A stretch of 64,000 nucleotides of DNA from Parcubacteria group bacterium Greene0714_7 (GCA_007378985.1 VMHB01000001.1:64252-128251), one strand, 5' to 3'. Shown: positions 1-9,910, counted from the stretch's first letter. A program made the numbers and translations. Notes: generated from the sequence alone by a model not told the origin.

Positions 1-187
1 CAAGATTGTTTTGGTGTTCACGTTTTGCGAGGTTTGGATACACTCCACCGTATGGAGCATGAAGGGTTGCTTGCGAGTAAAGGGCGTTTCCGAGGATGGT
101 GAACGACGCGCCCTCAAATGAGCCTTCGCACTCAAGAATAGCCACGCCTGTCTCGTCACAACTTGTTTCTATAGAGAGAATTTTCAT
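1..187 (-). CDS. tsaD: tRNA N6-adenosine threonylcarbamoyltransferase TsaD (Kae1/Gcp family), N-terminal fragment running off the window edge
   Basis: Reverse-strand translation from ATG at 187-185 gives [19 protein letters not shown]..., the characteristic TsaD N-terminus. No stop inside the window. Confidence 0.8.
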   Translation of the reverse strand, partial: MKILSIETSCDETGVAILECEGSFEGASFTILGNALYSQATLHAPYGGVYPNLAKREHQNNL

Positions 188-302
188 ATGCACCTACAAT
201 GCCTAGTTTTACCTGCCCCGTAGTGAGCGCCCTGCGCTCTGCTACTGGGGTCGCAACTGGTCTCAATGGCTAAGATTTTCATGTTCGGTGTATTATAGCG
301 TA

Positions 303-857
303 ATGCCAAGAAACGACCTCCTTGTATGGATGGACCTCGAAATGACGTCTTTAGTGGACGTTACCAAAGACTCAATTATAGAAATTGCGGTGGTTATTAC
401 TGACACTAACCTCGCTGTTGTCGCTGAAGGTCCCGATATCATCATCCACGCTGATGCCACGGTTTTTGAAAATATTCCGTCGGATGTATTAGAAATTCAC
501 AAAAAAAGTGGAATTATTGAATCTTCCATTTCGAGTGTGATTACCACCGAACAGGCTGAAAGGGAGGTACTTGCATTTGTTGAGGCACACGCCGCCCCAC
601 AATCGAGCCCGCTTTGTGGAAATTCAATTCATATGGACAGAATGTTTTTACGTCTCCATATGCCTACTCTTGATTCCTATCTCCATTACCGCTGTATAGA
701 TGTCTCAACCTTAAAAGGGCTTGCGGAGCGTTGGAAGCCTGAAGTCTATGAAAACTGGAGGTCAGTGCGGAGTGAGAAAAAGCACCGCGCTAAAGATGAT
801 ATCCTTCAATCCATAGAAGAATTGAAATTTTACCGCACGCATTTTCTGAAAATATAA
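303..857 (+). CDS. orn: Oligoribonuclease (DEDDh 3'-5' exonuclease)
   Basis: LVWMDLEMTSL...IIEIAVVITD exonuclease motif I; length and overall similarity to Orn. The ORF opens at 288, but MPRNDLL at 303 matches the Orn N-terminus better. Confidence 0.8.
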   Translation: MPRNDLLVWMDLEMTSLVDVTKDSIIEIAVVITDTNLAVVAEGPDIIIHADATVFENIPSDVLEIHKKSGIIESSISSVITTEQAEREVLAFVEAHAAPQSSPLCGNSIHMDRMFLRLHMPTLDSYLHYRCIDVSTLKGLAERWKPEVYENWRSVRSEKKHRAKDDILQSIEELKFYRTHFLKI

Positions 858-867
858 AAATAAAAAG

Positions 868-899
868 CGTTACTCCTCCGATTAATCGGAGGAGTAACG
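868..899. terminator. Perfect 15-bp hairpin (gttactcctccgatt/aatcggaggagtaac) downstream of orn
   Basis: Inverted repeat read directly. An A-tract precedes it and no T-tract follows on the + strand, so terminator function for orn is uncertain. Confidence 0.4.
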
Positions 900-915
900 C
901 GAAGCATACAAACAT

Positions 916-2694
916 ATGAAATCCCTCTGGCGTGAAGACTTTCCTAAAGACACAAATCCTCTCCACTTTTTCCTCTTTTGCTCACGGCCACATGTGGTTC
1001 CTGCGGTAATTGCTATTGTAGCGGTCATCATTGCTGGGTCAATCGGAGCTTCGACTGCATATCTTTTCAAGCTGATAGTCAATGCCGCTGTTTCGCTTTC
1101 ATCAGGAGGGTCGTACAGCGCTCTTGTGTGGGCATCGGTTGCCTATATGCTTTTTCTTCTTACGGGAAAAATATTTTGGCGCATTTCAGGATTCGCAGGC
1201 ATGCGCTGGTGTAACGGCGGTCGCGCAACCGCCCGTCAAACGCTCACCTCATATGTGACGCTTCACAGCCGTACCTATTTTTCGAATCGCTTCGCGGGCT
1301 CAATTGTCAACAAGATAAGTCATGCTGCATCGGGCATACATGAGTTTGCCGATCAATTCCTGTGGTCGTTTTTGGAACTGTTTGTTTCGGTTATTGCAAG
1401 TTTCTTTCTAGCGTTCTTTGTTTCCAAGGAAATTGCTTTTATATTTCTTGGTTGGGTTGTTGCCGTGGCTGTACTTAATGCCTACTTAGTTCAAAAACGC
1501 ATACCTCTCTCTAAGTATGTACAGAAGCTGGAGTCGCAATTGACCGGCATGACTGTAGATCTCTTGTCGAATATTAATGCAATGCAGGAATACGCACGGC
1601 GCTCTTTTGAGATGCGTCGCATTGAAGAGATGACTGAAAAACGGCGTCGCGCAGGCATTCGCAACTGGACTCACGGTGAAAAAGTACGCATCCTCAACAA
1701 TGTTCTGCAGTTCGTTTTCGGTAGCTGTATGCTTTTCGTTTCCGTCAATCTTATGCGCACGGGCGCCATATCCTTGGGCGACATTGTACTTGTCATTACC
1801 ATCATCTTCCGTGTTGAAGGACAGCTTCAGACCTTGGAGAGCAACATCAATAAGGTTTCGAACACGTGGGGTGAGGTAGAAGAAAGTCTTAATGAAATAA
1901 TTGAACCTCATGAAATTCCTGACAAGCTGGGGGCAGGAGAACTCGGTGTGCCGAATGGTGGCATTCATTTTGACAACATTAGCTTTGAATATGGCAACAT
2001 TTTGATATTTGAGAAGCTTAATCTCTTTATTAAGCCAGGGGAGCGGGTGGGGATAGTGGGGCGCTCGGGGGCAGGCAAGTCTACTCTTATGCGAGCACTC
2101 CTTCATCATCACGACCTTAAGGATGGTGCAATTATCATTGATGGGAAAGATATCACTTCCGTAACACAAGAGAGCCTTCGGCGCGCCATTTCCGTTGTTC
2201 CACAGGAACCTTCACTCTTTCATCGCACTATTAGTGAGAACATTGCCTACGGTAAGCCTGATGCATCACAAGCGGAAATAGAGGAGGCAGCGCGTCTTGC
2301 ACAAGCTCATGATTTTATTAAGCGACTCGAAGAAGGATATGAATCTCTTGTTGGAGAGCGAGGCGTAAAGCTTTCAGGCGGTGAGCGTCAGAGGATTGCG
2401 ATAGCCCGTGCAATCCTCAAGAATGCGCCTATTCTTCTTATGGATGAGGCTACGGCTTCTTTGGACAGTGAAAGTGAAGTGGCTATTCAGGATGCTTTAA
2501 AGGAGCTCATGAAAGGCAAGACGGTTATTGCGATTGCACACCGACTTTCAACTTTGCGTGAGATGGATCGAATTGTCGTTATGGATAGGGGTCAAATAAT
2601 TGAAGAGGGTAGCCATGAGGAATTAGTGAAAGCAGGTGGCACCTATTCAGAGCTCTGGAATCATCAGGCTGGCGGATTTTTGCAGGAGGGGTAG
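916..2694 (+). CDS. ABC transporter, fused permease/ATP-binding subunit (exporter type, MsbA-like)
   Basis: N-terminal TM helices; Walker A GRSGAGKST; ABC signature LSGGERQRIAIARA; Walker B ILLMDEATASLD. Confidence 0.85.
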   Translation: MKSLWREDFPKDTNPLHFFLFCSRPHVVPAVIAIVAVIIAGSIGASTAYLFKLIVNAAVSLSSGGSYSALVWASVAYMLFLLTGKIFWRISGFAGMRWCNGGRATARQTLTSYVTLHSRTYFSNRFAGSIVNKISHAASGIHEFADQFLWSFLELFVSVIASFFLAFFVSKEIAFIFLGWVVAVAVLNAYLVQKRIPLSKYVQKLESQLTGMTVDLLSNINAMQEYARRSFEMRRIEEMTEKRRRAGIRNWTHGEKVRILNNVLQFVFGSCMLFVSVNLMRTGAISLGDIVLVITIIFRVEGQLQTLESNINKVSNTWGEVEESLNEIIEPHEIPDKLGAGELGVPNGGIHFDNISFEYGNILIFEKLNLFIKPGERVGIVGRSGAGKSTLMRALLHHHDLKDGAIIIDGKDITSVTQESLRRAISVVPQEPSLFHRTISENIAYGKPDASQAEIEEAARLAQAHDFIKRLEEGYESLVGERGVKLSGGERQRIAIARAILKNAPILLMDEATASLDSESEVAIQDALKELMKGKTVIAIAHRLSTLREMDRIVVMDRGQIIEEGSHEELVKAGGTYSELWNHQAGGFLQEG

Positions 2695-2705
2695 GAGAGA
2701 GGAAG

Positions 2706-2998
2706 AGGGATTCGGTAACAGATAGTTTTACTTTGTAAGATTTCTTCAATTCTTTCGAGGGTTCGGTCACAAGTAAATTTCCTGACGGAAATTTCTCGCG
2801 ACCCTAGCTCGGCATTTTTGCCTTGTGAGGCGTAAACAAAAATATGCCTGCGCTTTTCGAATCCCTCACGTGAGCCAAATTGTTAGGGATTCGGTCACGG
2901 ATAATTTTAAAAAATAAAATTTCCGCGACCCCGACTCGCCGACAAGCGATCGCTTCGCTCGCCTTGTGTACCGCCTCCGTCTTTCGAATCCCTCACCG
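2706..2998. repeat. Tandem array of about 120-bp repeat units (starts near 2706, 2757, 2885), each beginning gagggattcggtcac and ending ctttcgaatccctcac, next to tRNA-Val
   Basis: Unit ends are inverted copies of each other and copy the T-loop of the adjacent tRNA-Val (gagggattcgaa). Inside each unit: a hairpin (aaatttcctgacggaaattt) and a conserved core ttctcgcgacccNagctcggcatttttgccttgtgaggc. Related copies lie at 9397-9480, 10140-10240 (inverted), 31870-31940 and 50690-50800. Confidence 0.6.
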
Positions 2999-3050
2999 CA
3001 TTACAAACAATAAGTGCCGAACGCGAAAGCGTTCGGCATCTTTTGTTTTG

Positions 3051-3123
3051 TGCGCGGTGAGGGATTCGAACCCCCGACATCGTCAACGTCAATGACGCGC
3101 TCTACCAACTGAGCTAACCGCGC
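3051..3123 (-). tRNA. tRNA-Val (anticodon GAC)
   Basis: Reverse complement folds as a cloverleaf: acceptor GCGCGGT, D-arm GCTCAGTTGGTAGAGC, anticodon stem CGTCA/TGACG with loop TTGACGT, T-arm GGGGGTTCGAATCCCTC. No encoded CCA. Confidence 0.85.
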
Positions 3124-3493
3124 AAAGTGAGGAAGAGAATGTCCACGCTCTGCGTGACGCTTCTTCTTTCCTAACGCCTGCGCAGGGAGCTTAAGCTCTC
3201 CGCACAAGTCAAGAGAGAGTAGCTCGTTTTAAGGCTTTTTTCAAGACCGCCCTCCTTCACAATGGCATATTTGACAGGTATTACGTTCAGAGTACAATCA
3301 AAAATTATAAGTCAATTTTAAACTAATATTCATGTTTGGCGATAAATCTTTCATTGCAATCCCAACACAAACGGCAAATTGTCATGGGTGCGGTTGGCGT
3401 ATTTCTGCAAGCAAAGGTACTTGTGCTAATAAGAAATGTCCTTTGAAATCCTAAAGGATTTTCAAAGTGTTGTAGAATAAAAGAGTCTCAGTA

Positions 3494-4090
3494 ATGAGAC
3501 TCTTTTATATGAACCCTAAAGATATATTAAATGCTGGCGGTATTCTTTTGTATCCTACAGACACCCTCTATGGACTTGGGGTTGATGCCTTGAACGTTGA
3601 AGCACTCAAAAAACTCCGCACACTCAAAGGCAGAGAAGAGGGCAAGCCAATTTCTATTGTTGTTTCCGACATGAAGATGGCTGAAGAATATGCTGAAGTG
3701 ACACCTCTTGCATTAAAACTCACTGAAGCTTTTCTCCCAGGGAAGCTTACGCTTATTCTGAAGGCTAAATCTAATCTTCCTACAGAGCTTACAGCAGGTA
3801 CAGGCACTGTTGGTATTCGTATTCCGAACCATGTTCTTTGTTTAAATATTGTGCGTGAACTCGGACGTCCTTATACGACAACGAGCGCTAATGTAAGCGA
3901 TATGGATTCTAAAAACACTGTATCCGAGATACTTGCTCAATTTGGTGCCCAGGCGGGAATGATTGATCGCATCATTGATGTGGGTGAACTTTTAGAGTCA
4001 CTTCCTTCAACTGTTGTGGATGCACGAGGGCTTTCGCCTCATGTGATTCGGGAAGGAGCGATATCGGAGATCGACATACACGCACTATAA
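3494..4090 (+). CDS. tsaC: L-threonylcarbamoyladenylate synthase, YrdC/TsaC (Sua5/YciO/YrdC) family
   Basis: YPTDTLYGLG motif and YrdC-like length; tsaD lies nearby. Confidence 0.75.
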   Translation: MRLFYMNPKDILNAGGILLYPTDTLYGLGVDALNVEALKKLRTLKGREEGKPISIVVSDMKMAEEYAEVTPLALKLTEAFLPGKLTLILKAKSNLPTELTAGTGTVGIRIPNHVLCLNIVRELGRPYTTTSANVSDMDSKNTVSEILAQFGAQAGMIDRIIDVGELLESLPSTVVDARGLSPHVIREGAISEIDIHAL

Positions 4091-4138
4091 AAATCTAACG
4101 TATAGGAAGGCCTATATTTCTGTGATAGGGTTGGCGCC

Positions 4139-4333
4139 GTGACCGACATAATCAAGGAAACACTTCAGGGGTCAATTGATCGAGCAAATAAAGCTCATGG
4201 TGATTTTAATGATCCCGAGGGTCGAGATAAACCTACTATTCGGCGATTCAATCGACTTCGCGATTTAATAAACTTTTTTGGATATAGTCTGGAAGATTTT
4301 CCAGACTTAAATATGAAACCTCCTTGGAAATAA
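4139..4333 (+). CDS. Hypothetical small protein (64 aa)
   Basis: ORF only; no recognisable motif. Confidence 0.2.
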   Translation: MTDIIKETLQGSIDRANKAHGDFNDPEGRDKPTIRRFNRLRDLINFFGYSLEDFPDLNMKPPWK

Positions 4334-4345
4334 AAAGTGCTTTTG

Positions 4346-5188
4346 TTACTTCGGAAACACGTCTGTAAGTTCATCGGAGTGGTAAAAGAGTGCGCCGAGC
4401 TCCCCAAACAAATATGCTTTTCCGCCTGTGGTAATTTCGCTACCTGCTGTTATTGGGGAAGGGTTTGGCTTTGAGGCTTGAAAACCAATATTAAACAGCG
4501 TTACTACTGTGCCAGGATTTTGTGTAATGTCGTATCCGCCCTGTCTCCACTGTGCTTCCACCTCCTTTATGAAGAGGGCTGTATAGAGGTATGAGAAGTA
4601 GTGGTCTTTTGGGTCGGTGAGCCGTCTGTAGAGTTCGGCGTCATGTTCTACGCCCTCAGGGTAGGCAACAAGCGCTCGCATATTTGGCCCTGGGAAAAAT
4701 GGCGAGGTGACATTTTGAGTATTGAGTTCAATGGCATTTGCCGTTTCTTGTTTGATGCCCGAAACACCTAAGGAAAACTGTGAAAGTGAGCCTAGTATTT
4801 TTAATGGCTCAAAGTAGCTTTTAAATACTTCTCGCTCCGAAGTAAAGAAGCGGATTTGCTCGGGAATGACCACAGAAGCAATCATGCGTTTTGAAACGCC
4901 CGTTTCTGTCGAAACTCTCGTGATTATTTTCTCGTCTTTGCGGAGTCCTTCTCTGACGGTATCCCATTCAGGAGTTTGGTTCCACACACACTCTTCTTCT
5001 GCAGTGTTGAGGCAGGGGACACTATTTGGATTTCTCTCAAAAAACTGATTTCTCTCTTTAATAGTTCCGCGTACATTCAAGAGTCCAAATTGCATACCAA
5101 TGAAGACAAGTGTAAAAGCTACTCCGATGAGGGCGAAGATTCCCACAATGGAGAAAAGCATTGCCTTAAATATTTTTTTATTGTGCAT
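4346..5188 (-). CDS. Hypothetical protein with a single N-terminal TM anchor
   Basis: N-terminal hydrophobic helix (FKAMLFSIVGIFALIGVAFTLVFIGM), about 250-aa extracytoplasmic body, no recognised motifs. Confidence 0.45.
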   Translation of the reverse strand: MHNKKIFKAMLFSIVGIFALIGVAFTLVFIGMQFGLLNVRGTIKERNQFFERNPNSVPCLNTAEEECVWNQTPEWDTVREGLRKDEKIITRVSTETGVSKRMIASVVIPEQIRFFTSEREVFKSYFEPLKILGSLSQFSLGVSGIKQETANAIELNTQNVTSPFFPGPNMRALVAYPEGVEHDAELYRRLTDPKDHYFSYLYTALFIKEVEAQWRQGGYDITQNPGTVVTLFNIGFQASKPNPSPITAGSEITTGGKAYLFGELGALFYHSDELTDVFPK

Positions 5189-5296
5189 TGGTGAGAGTAG
5201 TCTACATCATCCTTTATAAAAAGCCTCCCTATTGGAGACTGGGTACAACTAGGAATCTTACACTTCACTCAGAAGTAGTTGTGGGTACCTTGCGGG

Positions 5297-5314
5297 ATAC
5301 CCCCTAGGGGGTAT
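5297..5314. promoter_or_regulatory. CsoR-type operator palindrome ATACCCCCTAGGGGGTAT, 12 nt upstream of the csoR start codon
   Basis: Perfect 7-4-7 inverted repeat with G/C-tract half-sites typical of CsoR boxes; it sits in front of csoR-copA. Confidence 0.6.
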
Positions 5315-5326
5315 ATACTATTACTC

Positions 5327-5602
5327 ATGAAATACATGGAAGATAAAAATAAAGGCACCATTATTCGTCGTCTCAAACTTATCGAAGGTCAGGTTCGAGG
5401 TCTACAAAAGATGATCGAGAATGACACGTATTGTATTGATGTAATCACGCAAACGTCTGCGGTTAAACAGGGACTTTCTAATGTTGAGGATTTACTGCTC
5501 GAAAACCATCTTGGTGGGTGCATCTTGAATCAGGTAAAGTCTGGACAGACTGAAAAGGCAAAGCAGGAAATATTAAAAGTGTATAAACTAAAGAGAAAAT
5601 AA
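5327..5602 (+). CDS. csoR: Copper-sensing transcriptional repressor, CsoR/RcnR family
   Basis: R..GQ..G...M...D.YC.DV..Q..AV signature (YCIDVITQTSAV); about 90 aa; directly upstream of copA. Confidence 0.75.
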   Translation: MKYMEDKNKGTIIRRLKLIEGQVRGLQKMIENDTYCIDVITQTSAVKQGLSNVEDLLLENHLGGCILNQVKSGQTEKAKQEILKVYKLKRK

Positions 5603-5605
5603 TGT

Positions 5606-7900
5606 ATGCACACACAAACGTATAGAGTAAAAGGAATGCATTGTGCTTCGTGCTCCTCGACCATCGAGAAGACTTTTAAGAAAGTGGATGGGGTACATTC
5701 TGCGGAAGTTAATTACGGTACAGAAAAAGCAAAGATTTCTTTTGATCCCTCAAAAACCAATCCTCACGATCTTTCTAAACACATTGAGCCACTTGGATAT
5801 TCATTAGAAGTTCCAACGAGTGCAAATGAAATGGGTATGTCGGAGAGTGAACATGCAGCTCATTTAGGTTTGAATCAGTCTAAAAAAGAGAAATTAGCGG
5901 AGGTGGCTGATATGCGAACAAAAGTGCTTTCCGCCATTCCTATCGCCGTCTTCGCCGCTTTCGTCATGGGTTGGGATATTCTTGCCGAGTACAGTATCAC
6001 TCCGGCGATGAGCTATACACTCAAAGAATTTTTCCATCACTTACTCCCAATACTTGCGACCTATATTTTGTTTGTGGTTGGTACGCCATACTTACTTGGT
6101 TTTTATAGATTCTTACGCTATGGAAAGGCGAACATGGATACCCTGATTGGTATTGGTACCACCGCCGCCTTTCTATACAGCTTTGCAGTTACGGCTTTCG
6201 AGGAAACACTCAGGCCTTTTATCAATGTTGACTATCAATACTACGATGTGACCATTGTAGTTATTACCTTTATTGCACTTGGTAAATATTTGGAAGCTCG
6301 ATCGAAAATAAAGACGGGGGATGCTATCGAGAAGCTTCTCAATCTTCAAGCTAAAACCGCTTTGGTCATTCGAGATGGAAAGGAAATAGAGATCTCGGTC
6401 AACGACGTTACACATGGAGATCTAATTATCGTTAAACCTGGTGCGAAAATTCCGGTTGATGGCACTATCACAGAAGGTTCATCCTTTATTGATGAGTCGA
6501 TGGTCACGGGAGAGCCGATGCCAGTAGGGAAGAAGATCGGAGACAGCGTTGTCTCCGGAACCATAAACACAAGCGGATCATTCACGTTTAAAGCAACAAA
6601 GGTTGGGTCAGAAACATTGCTCGCCCAGATCATAACAATGGTCGAGGATGCCCAAGGGAGCAAAGCCCCTATTCAGGCACTTGCAGACAAAATTTCGTCA
6701 ATCTTTGTGCCCATTGTTCTTGTGATTGCGTTTCTTACGCTTGGTGCATGGCTCATTGTAGGGTCACAGTATTTGGGTTTCTCTCAGGCACTTTCATTTG
6801 GCCTTGTGTCGTTTGTTGGAATTCTCGTCATTGCGTGTCCGTGTGCTCTAGGACTTGCAACTCCCACAGCAATTATTGTCGGAGTCGGTAAAGGTGCAAA
6901 AGAGGGCATTCTTATCAAAGACGCCTCTACTCTTGAAAAACTTCACAAGGTGGACACGGTTATTGTGGACAAAACTGGCACTATTACTGTCGGCAAACCA
7001 ACTCTGGTTGATATTCAAAATCTCTCAAGCGTAACGGATGATGAACTGGTATCGATTCTTGCTTCGCTTGAGAAAAAATCAGAGCATCCGATTGCACGTG
7101 CGATTGTGAACTACGCTGAGGAGAAAAATATTCCTGTATCCACTATTTCAAATTTTGAAGGAATACAGGGTAAGGGTCTCAGGGGAGTAGTGAACGGCAC
7201 CGAATACTTTGTAGGTAATGCAAAACTTGTGGGCGATCTTAAGGTTTCATTTGAAGCTAGTACGCTGAACAAGTTTACTTCAGAAGGGAAGACACCCGTT
7301 ATTCTCACGACAAAAGAAAAAGTCTTAGGTTTTGTTATGGTGGCAGATGAAATAAAACCCGAATCAAAACAAGCTGTTGCCAATCTTCACAAACTGGGAG
7401 TTAAGGTGGTTATGCTTACGGGAGACGATGAAAAAGCTGCGAGATACATGGCATCGATGGTTGGCATCGATGATGTGGTTGCTCACGTGTTGCCACAAGA
7501 CAAATTGGCGAAAATAAAAGAATTGCAATCGCAAGGTCGAGTGGTTGCTATGGCGGGTGATGGCGTGAATGATGCACCAGCACTTGCCCAAGCAGATGTG
7601 GGCATCGCCATGGGCACGGGTACTGATGTAGCAATAGAGTCAGCGGGCATTACGCTTCTTGGCGGTGATATTTCAAAACTGGTGAAAGCCATTAGGCTTT
7701 CCAAGATCACCATGCGGGGGATCAAACAGAATCTCTTTTGGGCCTTCATCTACAACATTATCGGTATTCCTCTTGCTGCGGGAGTCTTATACCCAGTCTT
7801 CGGATGGCTCTTAAATCCAGTGTTTGCAGGATTTGCTATGGCGATGTCGTCGGTGTCGGTAGTGTCGAATTCATTACGAATCAAAGGTAAAAAATTATAA
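5606..7900 (+). CDS. copA: Copper-translocating P1B-type ATPase
   Basis: N-terminal HMA domain (GMHCASC), CPC transmembrane metal site, DKTGT phosphorylation motif, GDGVNDAP hinge. Confidence 0.9.
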   Translation: MHTQTYRVKGMHCASCSSTIEKTFKKVDGVHSAEVNYGTEKAKISFDPSKTNPHDLSKHIEPLGYSLEVPTSANEMGMSESEHAAHLGLNQSKKEKLAEVADMRTKVLSAIPIAVFAAFVMGWDILAEYSITPAMSYTLKEFFHHLLPILATYILFVVGTPYLLGFYRFLRYGKANMDTLIGIGTTAAFLYSFAVTAFEETLRPFINVDYQYYDVTIVVITFIALGKYLEARSKIKTGDAIEKLLNLQAKTALVIRDGKEIEISVNDVTHGDLIIVKPGAKIPVDGTITEGSSFIDESMVTGEPMPVGKKIGDSVVSGTINTSGSFTFKATKVGSETLLAQIITMVEDAQGSKAPIQALADKISSIFVPIVLVIAFLTLGAWLIVGSQYLGFSQALSFGLVSFVGILVIACPCALGLATPTAIIVGVGKGAKEGILIKDASTLEKLHKVDTVIVDKTGTITVGKPTLVDIQNLSSVTDDELVSILASLEKKSEHPIARAIVNYAEEKNIPVSTISNFEGIQGKGLRGVVNGTEYFVGNAKLVGDLKVSFEASTLNKFTSEGKTPVILTTKEKVLGFVMVADEIKPESKQAVANLHKLGVKVVMLTGDDEKAARYMASMVGIDDVVAHVLPQDKLAKIKELQSQGRVVAMAGDGVNDAPALAQADVGIAMGTGTDVAIESAGITLLGGDISKLVKAIRLSKITMRGIKQNLFWAFIYNIIGIPLAAGVLYPVFGWLLNPVFAGFAMAMSSVSVVSNSLRIKGKKL

Positions 7901-7909
7901 ATAATTTTT

Positions 7910-8923
7910 ATGAACACACATACCTACACATTCCACGTCTCTGGCACGCATTGTCCGTCATGTAAAATCTTCATTGAGGACACCTTGAATGAGCATAGTG
8001 GTATTGGACAAACGTACGTTGATTTGAAGAGTAAAACTGTCTCCCTTGAGACTACTCTTGATGAAAGTCAGCATACGCTGGCCAAGATACTAACCGAGAA
8101 AATAAAACAGAATGGGTACTCACTTTCTGTTGAGAAGGAAGCTAAAGAGAAAAAAGACACTGGCGTCATTTGGCAGGCACTTCCGATTGGACTCGCATTT
8201 CTTGCACTTTTCTTTATTGTGCAAAAATCAGGAATCCTCAATTTTGGTTTGGGCGGAACGGTGACCCCTGTCACTAGTTTCATAATTGGGCTCGTTGCGT
8301 CGGTGTCGAGTTGTCTTGCGGTTGTTGGGGGGCTTGTTCTTTCTCTCTCAGCAACAGTGTCTCAGGACACAGTAAGTGACGTAAAACCAATGATGCTTTT
8401 CCATGGCGGAAGACTAATCAGCTTCGCAATACTTGGCGGTGTCCTGGGTGCAATAGGCAGTGCAATTGGTATCAGCTTTACGGTGACTGCAATTCTTGGA
8501 ATTATTGCATCAACAGTGATGATTCTGCTCGGACTTAATCTTGTGGGGATTTTTGAGAAGAATATAATTGCACTCCCTTCTGGGGTTTTTAGCTTGTTCC
8601 GCAAGATAGAGCATAAGACGGTGGCCCCATTTTTGATTGGTGTCGGTACTTTTTTCCTACCGTGCGGATTTACTCAGGCAATGCAGGTAGCAGCGCTTTC
8701 CAGTGGTTCGTTTCTTTCGGGATTTATGATCATGACTGCATTTGCTCTTGGCACATTGCCAATGCTTGCACTTCTGTCGTTCGGTTCCGCCTCATTTGCG
8801 GGGTCAAAACACGCTCCACTTTTCTTTAAGTCTGCGGGTGTGTTGGTTATAGGTCTTGGGGTTTTCGCACTGCTCGCAGGGCTTGCTGGGCTCGGTATTA
8901 TCAATCCGTTATTTAACATATAA
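7910..8923 (+). CDS. HMA-domain protein fused to a polytopic membrane domain (DsbD/CcdA/TauE-like permease fold)
   Basis: N-terminal GTHCPSC heavy-metal-associated motif followed by about 8 glycine-rich TM helices; third gene of the cop operon. Confidence 0.5.
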   Translation: MNTHTYTFHVSGTHCPSCKIFIEDTLNEHSGIGQTYVDLKSKTVSLETTLDESQHTLAKILTEKIKQNGYSLSVEKEAKEKKDTGVIWQALPIGLAFLALFFIVQKSGILNFGLGGTVTPVTSFIIGLVASVSSCLAVVGGLVLSLSATVSQDTVSDVKPMMLFHGGRLISFAILGGVLGAIGSAIGISFTVTAILGIIASTVMILLGLNLVGIFEKNIIALPSGVFSLFRKIEHKTVAPFLIGVGTFFLPCGFTQAMQVAALSSGSFLSGFMIMTAFALGTLPMLALLSFGSASFAGSKHAPLFFKSAGVLVIGLGVFALLAGLAGLGIINPLFNI

Positions 8924-8940
8924 TCTTTATTAAGTACTGT

Positions 8941-9339
8941 ATGCAAAAGAACATACTCATATCCATTGCCATCAGCATTGCTCTCATTGGGGGAACTCTC
9001 TACTTCGTTTCTACGAGGCCAGCGTCTTCAAACGGTGAAGTTGTAGGGTCGCAGAATATCGAAATTAGAGATGGCATACAGTACGTGACTATCACTGCAA
9101 AGGGTGGCTATTCTCCGTATGTTACAGAAATCAAAGGAGGGTTGCCTACCAAGTTGATTGTGAAGACAAATGGAACATATGATTGCTCGGCATCGCTTGT
9201 AGTTCGCTCTGTCGGTTTCCAAAGCATATTACAACCAACAGGTGAAGAAGTTATAGATTTAGGTACTCCAAAATCTGGCGATACAGTGCAAGGCGTGTGC
9301 GGGATGGGAATGTATAGTTTTCAGCTAAAAGTTAGCTAA
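8941..9339 (+). CDS. Membrane-anchored small extracytoplasmic protein, possibly cupredoxin-like, cop-operon associated
   Basis: N-terminal TM anchor; C-terminal Cys/Met cluster (VQGVCGMGMY); position after copA. The fold assignment is speculative. Confidence 0.35.
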   Translation: MQKNILISIAISIALIGGTLYFVSTRPASSNGEVVGSQNIEIRDGIQYVTITAKGGYSPYVTEIKGGLPTKLIVKTNGTYDCSASLVVRSVGFQSILQPTGEEVIDLGTPKSGDTVQGVCGMGMYSFQLKVS

Positions 9340-9483
9340 CGATAAAACGGCAACAATAGTGGTGGTGAGAATCGTTTTGTGACTTAAGTGGGAATCGGTC
9401 ACAGATGTTTCAGATATTTTTCTGACAGAAATGGGAAAGGGAAATGGGGACAGTCACGATTTTCTCGATAAAAATATTCAGTG

Positions 9484-9568
9484 CGGAGGCGGTGAGATTC
9501 GAACTCACGATACCTTGCGGTATGCCGGTTTTCGAAACCGGTGGAATGAACCACTATCCGACGCCTCC
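9484..9568 (-). tRNA. tRNA-Ser (anticodon CGA)
   Basis: Reverse complement: anticodon stem-loop CCGGT-TTCGAAA-ACCGG, long variable arm, T-arm GTGAGTTCGAATCTCAC, acceptor GGAGGCG/CGCCTCC. Confidence 0.75.
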
Positions 9569-9625
9569 CGAAGATAGGTATCCTATCAGTTTAATCGTTT
9601 CGTTTCCACCGTAAAATTTATTTCA

Positions 9626-9910
9626 TTATTCTAATGTTCTGCAGAATTTGAGAACGTTTTTCCCCCGCTCGGTGAGTGCATGTCGCACCGAGGCACCTTC
9701 GTGGCGCTTCATGAGGAGCCCAGCGATAGAAAGTTTCCGCAGATGTTCTGAAAGCGTGCGGTAATCCGCAGAGAGGTGTTCGGCAAGTTCCATGACTGAA
9801 AGTTCAGAGTGTTTTTCCAGAGTATCCATTATTTGAATGCGCCAGTGACTTCCAGCTCCTTTCAGTATTCGTTCAAGATCTTGATATCGCTTCTTATCCA
9901 TTGGGTACAT
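9626..9910 (-). CDS. ArsR/SmtB-family metalloregulatory transcriptional repressor
   Basis: Winged-HTH MELAEHLSADYRTLSEHLRKLSIAGLL; 94 aa. Confidence 0.7.
   Translation of the reverse strand: MYPMDKKRYQDLERILKGAGSHWRIQIMDTLEKHSELSVMELAEHLSADYRTLSEHLRKLSIAGLLMKRHEGASVRHALTERGKNVLKFCRTLE

Noticed and set aside
1486-2169. 227-aa minus-strand ORF
   Set aside because: It lies wholly antisense inside the well-supported ABC transporter gene, with no motif. Treated as a spurious antisense ORF.
2700-3130. Integrase or transposase near the tRNA-associated repeats
   Set aside because: I looked on both strands around every tRNA-flank repeat for tyrosine/serine recombinase or DDE motifs. None was present in this window, so mobility, if any, must be provided in trans.
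3331-3429. Small ORF with CxxC that at first looked like a 40-aa zinc-ribbon or ribosomal protein
   Set aside because: On recounting the bases (an extra t at 3421) it terminates at 32 aa with only three Cys. Too weak to call.
6173-7749. Several 75-105-aa minus-strand ORFs
   Set aside because: All are antisense within copA.
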